DNA of 44,389 bases from Octopus sinensis. Its lineage: Eukaryota. Location: assembly GCF_006345805.1 (NCBI RefSeq), contig NW_021835220.1:1-44389 (forward strand), read 5' to 3'. The notes below the pieces were generated by a model that was given only the letters and a program-made list of their open reading frames with translations, had not been told where the DNA came from and did no database searches. The stretch's first letter is position 1; each line of letters begins with the position of its first letter. Position numbers and translations under genes: made by a program. Positions 12,801 to 24,800 of the stretch are shown piece after piece.

Positions 12801-15800
12801 GTAGAAGTAGAAAGAAGAAGAAGAATATAAGAAGAAAAAAAGAAATAGAAGAATGAGAAGAAGAAAAGAAAAAGAAGGAGGAGGAGGAAAAGAAGAAGAA
12901 GAATTAGAAGAAGAAGCAGAAGAAGAAGAAAAGGAGCAGGAGTGGAAGGGAGGAAGAGAATTAGAAGAAGAAAGAGGAGGAGGAGGGGCGGAGAGGATTG
13001 GGTAGAAAAAAGAAGATGAAAAAAGAAGTAGAAGAAGGAAGAGGAAAAAGGAGGAGGAGGAGGATGATAGGGAAAAAGTAGGTGTAGAAGAAAAAGAATA
13101 AGAATAAGAATAAGAAGAAGGAGGACGAGGAGGAAGGGTAGATGAAGAAGTTGAAAGTAGAAGAAGAAGAAGAAGTGGAAGAAGAAGAAGACGAAGAAGA
13201 GAAGAAGAAGAAGAAGACGGAGAAGAAAAAGAAGAAAAAAGAAAAAGGAGCAGGAGAGGAGGGGAGGAAGAGAATTACAAGAAGAAATTGGAGTAGGAGG
13301 GGCAGAGTGGAGGGGGAAGAGAATTTAAAGAAGAAAATGAAGAATAATAATAAGAAAAATATTAGAAGAGGAAGGAGGAGGAGGACCAGGAGGAGGAGGA
13401 CGACCAGGAGGAGGAGGAGGACCAGGAGGAGGAGGGCCAGGAGGAGGAGGAGGACCAGGAGGAGGAGGAGAAGGAGGTGAAATAGAAGAAAAAGAAAAGA
13501 AGAGAAGAAGATGAAGTAGATGAAGTAGAAGTGGAAGAAAGAAAAGAAGAAGAAGAAGAAGGAGGAGGAGGAGGAGGCAGAAGACGAAATGACAAAAAGA
13601 TGATGAAAAAGGCAGAGAAGGAGAAGTAGAATAAGAAAAAGAACAAAAAGAAGAAGAAGGAGAAGAAGAAGAAGAAAAGGAAGAAGGAGAAGAAGAAGAA
13701 GAAGAAGAAGAAGAAGAAGAAGAAGAAGAAGAAGAAGAAGAAGAAGACGAAGAAGAAGACACATTGAAAATCATGGTGTTTAAGATGAAACTGAAAATAT
13801 TTTCGAAATATCAGGAAATAATTCAAGGATAGAATGAAAAATTTTGGGCGGAAAGACATGGCAGAAAAATCAGGGAATATACGGAATCAGAAATCAACAT
13901 ATTCAATTGCACTCATACGCATTCTTATATTCATAGTATCAACGACGGAATGCGCTATGCACACTCACATCACACATATTCCCACTCAACCTTGTGGAAA
14001 TATGGTGAGAGAGATTATTTATTTCATATCGCTTCATTGTCACAAGAATATTAGAAAAAACACGCTTACAAGAAATATATCAGCAGTTTAATTGTATCAG
14101 GCCAAATATTGCAGCTTACAAGTACAGTAAGTATTTCAGGTTTACAGATAGAATGTATGTGACTATATTTTTTGAATATATATTTTCCGCTTCCACTTCA
14201 GTTGCTCTATATATAAAGGAACATTATATTTTTCCTATTATTTCAATTTCTCTCTCAAATTCTCTCTCTTTCTTTCACATTGTCTCGCTCTCTCATATTC
14301 TCTTTGTATCTTCCTAAATCGTGTTCTTTCCACAAATTCGAATTGATTTTGTTTGGCGCAGTCTGAAATTTTTTACATTTGTGAGCTGATATATCAGCAT
14401 CAATTATTACTTTCGGAAAATAGTATCAAGAAACTGAACGAACTTACAATGTCTTTAAATTCGAAAGCGCCGTGAATGCTCCTTCTTTGATGGTTGCTAT
14501 GTTGTTGGAACCAAGATATCTATAGCAGTAAAGAAAGAGTAAAATAGATTATATGGAAAATATTTGTGATACGACATCAAACACTGTGACTTCAGAATGA
14601 AAGGAAGAAAAGGCAGAAAGATAACGAAGAAGAAAAGGAAGAAGAAGAAGGAGGAGAAGGTGAAGAAGAAAAGAAAAAGAAGAAGAAGAAGAATTAGTTG
14701 AAGAAGAAAGGAGAAGAAGAGAGAAAAAGAAGAAGAAGAAGTAATAGGAGGAAAAAGGAGGAGGAGGATGGTAAAAGGGAAGAAGTAGTAGCGGAAAAAG
14801 TAAAAGAAGAAGGAGGAGGAGGAGGAGGATGACAAGTAGATGAAGAAGTAGAAAGAAGAAGAAGAAGAAGAAGGAAGAGGAGGAAAAAGGAGGAGGAGGA
14901 GAATGATGGGGAAGAATAAGTAGGAGAAGATGAAAAAGAAGAAGAAGATGAAGGAGGAGGAGGATGAGAATAACAAAAAGAAGAATATAAGAAGAAGAAA
15001 GAGGAGTAGGAGGAGAAGTAAATGTTGAAGTAAAATAGTAGAAGAAGAAGAAGAAGAAGAAGGAGAAGAAGTATAAGAAGAAAAAAGAGTAGAAAAATGA
15101 GAAGAAGAAAAGAAAAAGGAGGAGGAGGAAAAGAAGAAGAAGAAGAATTAGAAGAAGACGCAGAAGAAGAAGAAAAAGAAGCGGGAGAGGAGGGGGAGGA
15201 GGAGAATTACAAGAAAAAAGGAGGAGGAGGGGCGGAGAGGATTGGGACGAAAGAAAGAAGAGGAAAAAAGAAGTAGAAGAATGAAGTGGAAAAAGGAGGA
15301 GGAAGCAATGAAGGGGAAAAGTAGGAGTAGAAGAAAAAAAGAAGAATAAGAAGAAGGAGGAGGAGACGGAGGAGGAGGAGGAGGAGGAGAAGGAGGAGGA
15401 GAAGGAGGAGGAGAAGGAGGAGGAGAAGGAGGAGGAGGAGTAGTTGAAAAAATTGAAAGTAGAAGAGGATGTAGGAGAAGAAGAAGAAGAAATATGTAGA
15501 AGCGAGAGAAGAAGAAAAAGAATAAGGAGAAGGAGAAGAAGAAGAAGAAGAAGACGAAGAAGAAGAAGAAGAGAAGAAGAAGAAGAAAAACGAGCAGGAG
15601 AGGAGGGGAGGAGGAGAATTACAAGAAGAAAAATGAGGAGGAGGGGCGGAGTGGAGGGGGAGAGAATTTAAAGAAGAAAATGAAGAATAAGAAGAAGAAA
15701 GAAATTAGAAGAGGAAGAAGGAGTAGGAGGAGTAGTAGTAGAATAAAAAGAAAAGAAGAGAAGAAGAAGAAGAAGGAAAAGAAGAAAAAGAAGAGAAGAA

Positions 15801-18800
15801 AAAGAAAAAGGAGAAGGAGCAGCAGGAGGAGAGGAAGAGGAAGAAGAAGAAGAAGTAGAGGAAGAAGAAGAAGGAGAAGGAGAAGAAGAAGAAGAAAGAA
15901 GAGGAGAAGAAGAAGAAGAAGAAGAGGGAGGAGAAGAAGAAGAAGACGAAGAAGATACATTGAAAATTATGGCGTTCAAGATGAAACTGAAAATGTTCTT
16001 AAAATATCAGGAAATAATTCAAGGATAGATCGATAAATATTGGGCGGGGAGACATGCCTGAAAAATCAGGGAATATACGGAATCAGAAATCAACATATTC
16101 AAATGCTCACATACGCATTCTTTTATTCATAGTATCAACGACGGAATGCGGTATGCACACTCACATCACACATATTCCCACTCACCCTTGTGGAAATATG
16201 GTGAGAGAGATTATTTATTTCATATCGCTTCATCGTCACAAGAATATTAGAAAACACACGCTTACAAGAAATATATCAGCAGTTTAATTGTATCAGGCCA
16301 AATATCCCAGCTTACAAGTACAGTAAGTATTTCAGGTTTACAGATAGAATGTATGTGACTATATTATTCGAATATATATTTTCATATTCTCTTTGTATAT
16401 TCCTAAATCGTGTTCATTCTACAAATTTGAATTAATTTTGTTTAGTTCAGTCTGAAATATTATACATTTGTTAGCTTATATATCAGCATCAATTATTACT
16501 TTCGGAAAATAGTATCAAGAAACTGAACGAACTTACAAGAAGTTTAAATTTGAAAGCCCCGTGAATGTACCTTCTGTGATGGTTGCAATGTTGTTCTCGT
16601 ACAGATATCTATAGCAGTAAAGAAAGAGTAAAATAGATTATATGGAAAATATTTGTGATACAACATCAAACACTGTGACTTGAGAATGAAAGGAAGAAAA
16701 AGAAGAAAGATAACGAAGAAGAAAAGGAAGAAGAAGGAAGAGGAGGAGGCGAAGAAGAATTAGAAGAAGAAAGGAGAAGAGGTAGAAGAAAAAGAAGAGC
16801 AAGAAGGAATAGGATGAAAAAGGAGGAGGAGGCTGATAAAAGGGAAGAAGATGTAGGAGAAAAAGTAAAAGAAGGAGAAGGAGGGGGAGTAGGAGGAGGA
16901 AGAGAATAACAAGAAGAAGAAGATAAGAATAAGAAAGACGAGGAAGAGGAGGAGGAGAAGTAGATGAAGAAGTAGAAAGAAGAAAGGAGAAGATGAAGAA
17001 GGAGAAGAAGAAGGAGAAGAAGATGAAGAAGAAGACGAAAAAGAAGGAGGATGAGAAAGGGGGAGGGGAAGAAGAAGGATTGCAAGAAGAAGGAAGGGAA
17101 GAACAAGAAGAAGAAGACGTAGAAGAAGTTGAAGCAGGAAAAAGAAGAAGATGAAGAAGAAGAAGGAGGAGGAGGAGGAGAAGGAGAAAGAGAATAACAA
17201 AAACAGAAGTTAAGAAGGAGAAGGAGGAGGAGGAGAAGATGTAGAAGAAGAAGAAGAAGAAGAAGGAAGAGGAGGAAAAAGGAGGAGGAGTAGGAGTAAG
17301 AAGGGGAGAATAAGTAGGAGAAGATGAAAAAGAAGAAGAAGATGAAGGAGGAGGAGGAGGAGGATGAGAATAACAAAAAGAAGAATATAAGAAGAAGAAA
17401 GAGGGGTAGGAGGAGAAGTAGATGTAGAAATAGAAAGAAGAAGAAGAATATAAGAAAAAAAAGAAATAGAAGAATGAGAAGAAAAGAAAAAGAAGGAGGA
17501 GGAGGAAAAGAAGAAGAAGAATTAGAAGAAGAAGCAGAAGAAGAAGAAAAGGAGCAGGAGTGGAAGGGAGGATGAGAATTACCAGAAGAAAAAGGAGGAG
17601 GAGGGGCGGAGAGGATTGGGTAGAAAAAAGAAGATGAAAAAAAGAAGTAGAAGATGGAAGACGAAAAAGGAGGAGGAAGCGGATGATAGGGAAAAAGTAG
17701 GTGTAGAAGAAAAAGAATAAGAATAAGAATAAGAAGAAGGAGGAGGAGGAGGAAGGGTAGATGAAGAAGTTGAAAGTAGAAGAAGAAGAAGAAGAGGAAG
17801 AAGAAGACGAAGAAGAAGAAGAAGAAGAAGAAGAAGAAGAAGAAGAAGAAGAAGACGGAGAAGAAAAAGAAGAAAAAAGAAAAAGGAGCAGGAGAGGAGG
17901 GGGAGGAAGAGAATTACAAGAAGAAATAGGAGGAGGAGGGGCGGAGTGGAGGGGGAAGAGAATTTAAAGAAGAAAATGAAGAATAATAAGAAGAAAATAT
18001 TAGAAGAGGAAGGAGGAGGAGGACCAGGAGGAGGAGCAGAAATAGAAGAAAAAGAAAAGAAGAGAAGAAGAAGAAGAAGAAGAAGAAGATGAAGTAGAAG
18101 TGGAAGAAACAAGAAGAAGAAGAAGAAGAAGAAGGAGGAGGAGGAGGCAGAAGCCGAAATGACAAAAAGATGATGAAAAAGGCAGAGGAGGAGAAGTAGA
18201 ATAAGAAAAAGAACAAAAGAGAAGAAGGAGAAGAAGAGAAGAAGAAGAAGAAGAAGAAGAAGAAGAAGAAGAAGAAGAGAAGAAGAAACGAAGAAGAAGA
18301 CACATTGAAAATCTGTGGTTTTAAGATGAACTGAAAATATTTTCGAAATATCAGGAAATAATTCAAGGATAGAATGAAAAATTTTGGGCGAGAAGACATG
18401 GCTGAAAAATCAGGGATTATACGGAATCAGAAATCAACATATTCAAATGCACTCATACGCATTCTTATATTCATAGTATCAACGACGGAATGCGGTATGC
18501 ACACTCACATCACACATATTCCCACTCACCCTTGGGGAATATGGTGAGAGAGATTATTTTTTTCATATCGCTTCATTGTCACAAGAATATTAGAAAACAC
18601 ACGCTTACAAGAAATATATCAGCAGTTTAATTGTATCAGGCCAAATATTCCACCTTACAAGTACATAAGTATTTCAGGTTTACGGAAAGAATGTATGTGA
18701 CTATATTTTTTGAATATATATTTTCCGCTTCCACTTCAGTTGCTCTCTTACATAAATAAAGTGAAGTGAATGACAAAATTCGAATTTGAATGATAATATC

Positions 18801-21800
18801 GAAACACGAAGGAGAATATTGAAATAAGAAATGGAGGAGGATGCAAAATATAAAATAAAGGAATAATATAGTCACATTTCACACAGAACTACACTTATAT
18901 ATGAACATACACATATACTTCAGCTAAAAATATTTGATGCAAACATGTAAACTCACAAACGTTACTATTTCTAATACAAATTCATATCAAAATCATTGAA
19001 ATTTGGGGAACAAAAATGAGTTATTAAGATGCGAATTGAAACAAAGCAACTATAATAAAGGAACATTATATTCTTCCTGTTATTTCACTTTCTCTCTCAA
19101 ATTCTCTCTCTTTCTTTCACATTGTCTCGCTCTCTCATATTCTCTTTGTATATTCCTAAATCGTGTTCATTCTACAAATTTGAATTAATTTTGTTTAGTT
19201 CAGTCTGAAATATTATACATTTGTGAGCTTATATATCAGCATCAATTATTACTTTCGGAAAATAGTATCAAGAAACTGAACGAACTTACAATGTCTTTAA
19301 ATTTGAAAGCCCCGTAAATGCACCTTCTGTGATGGTTGAAATGTTGTTCTCGTTCAGATTTCTATAGCAGTAAAGAAAGAGTAAAATAGATTATATGGAA
19401 AATATTTGTGATACAACATCAAACACTGTGACTTGAGAATGAAAGGAAGAAAAAGAAGAAAGATAACGAAGAAGAAAAGGAAGAAGAAGAAGGAAGAGGA
19501 GGAGGCGAAGAAGAATTAGAAGAAGAAAGGAGAAGAGGTAGAAGAAAAAGAAGAGCAAGAAGGAATAGGAGGAAAAAGGAGGAGGAGGCTGATAAAAGGG
19601 AAGAAGATGTAGGAGAAAAAGTAAAAGAAGAAGAAGGAGGGGGAGGAGGAGGAGGAAGAGAATAACAAGAAGAAGAAGATAAGAATAAGAAAGACGAGGA
19701 AGAGGAGGAGGAGAAGTAGAAAGAAGAAAGGAGAAGAAGAAGAAGGAGAAGAAGAGGAGAAGAAGAAGAAGAAGAAGAAAAAGAAGGAGGATAGGGAGGG
19801 GGAGGGGAAGAAGAAGAATTGCAAGAAGAAGGAAGGGAAGAACAAGAAGAAGAAGACGTAGAAGAAGTTGAAGCAGGAAAATGAAGAAGATAAGAAGAAG
19901 GAGGAGGAGGAGGAGGAGGAGAAAGAGAATAACAAAAACAGAAGTTAAGAAGGAGAAGGAGGAGGAGGCGGAGATGTAGAAGAAGAAGAAGAAGAAGAAG
20001 AAGAAGGAAGAGGAGGAAAAAGGAGGAGGAGTAGGAGTATGAAGGGGAGAATAAGTAGGAGAAGATGAAAAAGAAGAAGAAGATGAAGGAGGAGGAGGAG
20101 GAGGAGGATGAGAATAACAAAAAGAAGAATATAAGAAGAAGAAAGAGGGGTAGGAGGAGAAGTAGATAAAGAAGTAGAAAGAAGAAGAAGAATATAAGAA
20201 GAAAAAAAAGAAATAGAAGAATGAGAAGAAGAAAAGAAAAAGAAGGAGGAGGAGGAAAAGAAGAAGAAGAATTAGAAGAAGAAGCAGAAGAAGAAAAAAG
20301 GAGCAGGAATGGAAGGGAGGAGGAGAATTAGAAGAAGAAAGAGGAGGAGGAGGGGCGGAGAGGATTGGGTAGAAAAAAAGAAGATGAAAAAAAGAAGTAG
20401 AAGAAGGAAGAGGAAAAAGGAGGAGGAAGATGATGATAGGGAAAAAGTAGGTGTAGAAGAAAAAGAATAAGAATAAGAATAAGAAGAAGGAGGAGGAGGA
20501 GGAAGGGTAGATGAAGAAGTTGAAAGTAGAAGAAGAAGAAGAAGAAGAAGACGAAGAAGAAGAAGACGAAGAAGAAAAAGAAGAAAAAAGAAAAAGGAGC
20601 AGGAGAGGAGGGGGAGGAAGAGAATTACAAGAAGAAATAGGAGGAGGAGGGGCGGAGTGGAGGGGGAAGAGAATTTAAAGAAGAAAATGAAGAATAATAA
20701 TAAGAAAAATATTAGAAGAGGAAGGAGGAGGAGGACCAGGAGGAGGAGGAGGACCAGGAGGAGGAGGAGGACCAGGAGGAGGAGGAGAAATAGAAGAAAA
20801 AGAAAAGAAGAGAAGAAGAAGAAGAAGAAGAAGATGAAGTAGAAGTGGAAGAAAGAAAAGAAGAAGAAGAAGAAGAAGGAGGAGGAGGCAGAAGACGAAA
20901 TGACAAAAAGATGATGAAAAAGGCAGAGAAGGAGAAGTAGAATAAGAAAAAGAACAAAGAAGAAAAAGAAAAGAAGAAGAAGAAGAAGAAGAAGAAGAAG
21001 AAGAAGAAGAAGAAGAAGAAGACGAAGAAGAAGACACATTGAAAATCATGGTGTTTAAGATGAAACTGAAAATATTTTCGAAATATCAGGAAATAATTCA
21101 AGGATAGAAAGAAAAATTTTGGGCGGAAAGACATGGCTGAAAAATCAGGGAATATACGGAATCAGAAATCAACATATTCAATTGCACTCATACGCATTCT
21201 TATATTCATAGTATAAACGACGGAATGCGGTATGCACACTTACATCACACATATTCCCACTCACCCTTGTGGAAATATGGTGAGAGAGATTATTTATTTC
21301 ATATCGCTTCAATGTCACAAGAATATTAGAAAACACACGCTTACAAGAAATATATCAGCAGTTTAATTGTATCAGGCGAAATATCCCAGCTTACAAGTAC
21401 AGTAAGTATTTCAGGTTTACAGATAGAATGTATGTTACTATATTATTCGAATATATATTTTCCGCTTCCACTTCAGTTGCTCTATTACATAAATAACGTG
21501 AAGTGAATGACAAAATTCGAATTTGAATGATAATATCGAAACACGAAGGAGAATATTGAAATAAGAAATGGAGGAGGATGCAAAATATAAAATAAGGGAA
21601 TAATATAGTCACATTTCACACAGAACTACACTTATATATGAACATACACATATACTTCAGCTAAAAATATTTGATGCAAACATGTAAACTCACAAACGTT
21701 ACCATTTCTAATACAAATTCATATCAAAATCATTGAAATTTGGGGAATAAAAATGATTTATTTAGATGCGAAGTGAATCAAAGCAACTACAATAAAGGAA

Positions 21801-24800
21801 CATTATATTTTTCCCATTATTTCACTTTCTCCCCAAATTCTCTCTCTTTCTTTCACATTGTCTCAATCTCTCATATTCTCTTTGTATCTTCCTAAATCGT
21901 GTTCATTCTACAAATTTGAATTGATTTTGTTTGGTGCAGTCTGAAATTTTATACATTTGTGAGCTTATATATCAGCATCAATTATTACTTTCGGAAAATA
22001 GTATCAAGAAACTGAACGAACTTACAATACGTTTAAATTTGAAAGCCCCGTGATGGTTGCAATGTTGTTCCCTCCAAGATCTCTATAGCAGTAAAGAAAG
22101 AGTAAAATAGATTATATGGAAAATATTTGTGATACAACATCAAACACTGTGACTTGAGAATGAAAGGAAGAAAAAGAAGAAAGATAACGAAGAAGAAAAG
22201 GAAGAAGAAGAAGGAAGAGGAGGAGGCGAAGAAGAATTAGAAGAAGAAAGGAGAAGAGGTAGAAGAAAAAGAAGAGCAAGAAGGAATAGAAGGAAAAAGG
22301 AGGAGGAGGCTGATAAAAGGGAAGAAGATGAAGGAGAAAAAGTAAAAGAAGGAGAAGGAGGGGGTGGAGGAGGAAGAGAATAACAAGAAGAAGAAGATAA
22401 GAATAAGAAAGACGAGGAAGAGGAGGAGGAGAAGTAGATGAAGAAGTAGAAAGAAGAAAGGAGGAGAAAAAGAAGAAGGAGAAGAAGAAGAAGAAGATGA
22501 AGAAGAAGACGAAAAAGAAGGAGGATGAGGAGGGGGAGGGGAAGAAGAAGAATTGCAAGAAGAAGGAAGGGAAGAACAAGAAGAAGAAGACGTAGAAGAA
22601 GTTGAAGCAGGAAAAAGAAGAAGATGAAGAAGAAGAAGGAGGAGGAGGAGGAGGAGGAGAAGGAGAAAGAGAATAACAAAAACAGAAGTTAAGAAGGAGA
22701 AGGAGGAGGAGGAGAAGATGTAGAAGAAGAAGAAGAAGAAGAAGGAAGAGGAGGAGTAGGAGTAAGAAGGGGAGAATAAGTAGGAGAAGATGAAAAAGAA
22801 GAAGAAGATGAAGGAGGAGGAGGAGGAGGATGAGAATAACAAAAAGAAGAATATAAGAAGAAAGAGGGGTAGGAGGAGAAGTAGATGTAGAAGTAGAAAG
22901 AAGAAGAATATAAGAAGAAAAAAAAGAAATAGAAGAATGAGAAGAAGAAAAGAAAAAGAAGGAGGAGGAGGAAAAGAAGAAGAAGAATTAGAAGAAGAAG
23001 CAGAAGAAGAAGAAAAGGAGCAGGAGTGGAAGGGAGGAGGAGAATTACAAGAAGAAAAAGGAGGAGGAGGGGCGGAGAGGATTGGGTAGAAAAAAGAAGA
23101 TGAAAAAAAGAAGTAGAAGAAGGAAGAGGAAAAAGGAGGAGGAAGAGGATGATAGGGAAAAAGTAGGTGTAGAAGAAAAAGAATAAGAATAAGAATAAGA
23201 AGAAGGAGGAGGAGGAGGAAGGGTAGATGAAGAAGTTGAAAGTAGAAGAAGAAGAAGAAGAGGAAGAAGAAGAAGACGAAGAAGAAGAAGACGAGAAGAG
23301 AAGAAGAAGAAGAAGACGAAGAAGAAAAAGAAGAAAAAAGAAAATGGAGCAGGAGAGGAGGGGAGGAAGAGAATTACAAGAAGAAATAGTAGGAGGGGCG
23401 GAGTGGAGGGGGAAGAGAATTTAAAGAAGAAAATGAAGAATAATAAGAAGAAAAAAATTAGAAGAGGAAGGAGGAGGAGGACCAGGAGGAGGAGGAGCAG
23501 GATGAGGAGGAGGAGAAATAGAAGAAAAAGAAAAGAAGAGAAGAAGAAGAAGAAGAAGATGAAATAGAAGTGGAAGGAAGAAAGAAGAAAGAAGAAGAAG
23601 AAGAAGAAGAAGGAGGAGGAGGCAGAAGACGAAATGACAAAAAGATGATGAAAAAGGCAGAGAAGGAGAAGTAGAATAAGAAAAAGAACAAAAGAAGAAG
23701 GAGAAGAAGAAGAAGAAGAAGAAGAAGAAGAAGAAGAAGAAGAAGAAGAAGAAGAAGACGAAGAAGAAGACACATTGAAAATCATGGTGTTTAAGATGAA
23801 ACTGAAAATATTTTCGAAATATCAGGAAATAATTCAAGGATAGAATGAAAAATTTTGGGCGAGAAGACATGGCAGAAAAATCAGGGAATATACGGAATCA
23901 GAAATCAACATATTCAATTGCACTCATACGCATTCTTATATTCATAGTATCAACGACGGAATGCGGTATGCACACTCACATCACACATATTCCCACTCAC
24001 CCTTGGGGAAATATGGTGAGAGAGATTATTTATTTCATATCGCTTCATTGTCACAAGAATATTAGAAAACACACGCTTACAAGAAATATATCAGCAGTTT
24101 AATTGTATCAGGCCAAATATTCCAGCTTACAAGTACAGTAAGTATTTCAGGTTTACAGATAGAATGTATGTGACTATATTTTTTGAATATATATTTTCCG
24201 CTTCCACTTCAGTTGCTCTATTACATAAATAACGTGAAGTGAATGACAAAATTCGAAGTTGTGTGATAATATCGAAACACGAAGGAGAATATTGAAATAA
24301 GAAATGGAGGAGGATGTAAAATATAAAATAAAGGAATAATATAGTCACATTTCACACAGAACTACACTTATATATGAACACACACATATACTTCAGCTAA
24401 AAATATTTGATGCAAACATGTAAACTCACAAACGTTACCATTTCTAATACAAATTCATATCAAAATCATTGAAATTTGGGGAACAAAAATGAGTTATTGA
24501 GATGCGAATTGAAACAAAGCAACTACAATAAAGGAACATTATATTTTTCCTATTATTTCATTTTCTCTCTCAAATTCTCTCTCTTTCTTTCACATTGTCT
24601 CGCTCTCTCATATTCTCTTTGTATATTCCTAAATCGTGTTCATTCTACAAATTTGAATTAATTTTGTTTAGTTCAGTCTGAAATTTTATACATTTGTGAG
24701 CTTATATATCAGCATCAATTATTACTTTCGGAAAATAGTATCAAGAAACTGAACGAACTTACAATGTCTTTAAATTCGAAAGCCCCGTGAATGCTCCTTC

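Larger units (their letters stand above)
113..23770 (+). repeat. Ten degenerate (GAA/GGA)n polypurine tracts, one per intron (approx. 113-1740, 2575-3850, 4980-6160, 7310-8530, 9670-10942, 12080-13758, 14595-15955, 16682-18300, 19437-21034, 22158-23770)
   Basis: Overwhelmingly A/G on the + strand, with conserved internal landmarks (gagaattacaag...ggggcggag occurs twice per tract). Boundaries approximate. Confidence 0.95.

Noticed and set aside
66-23870. Dozens of long F/S/L/P-rich (minus) and R/E/K-rich (plus) ORFs, including PPPGPPP runs
   Set aside because: These are translations of the stop-poor GAA/GGA tracts. Frames and lengths are not conserved between near-identical copies, and they lie in introns of the LRR gene.
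1837-24102. Recurring plus-strand ORF MAEKSGNIRNQKSTYSNALI...RNISAV (once per cassette) and MKLGNKNELLRCE...
   Set aside because: Recurrence is explained by recent duplication. The start codon, length and frame vary between copies, and no recognisable domain or codon-level conservation is seen.
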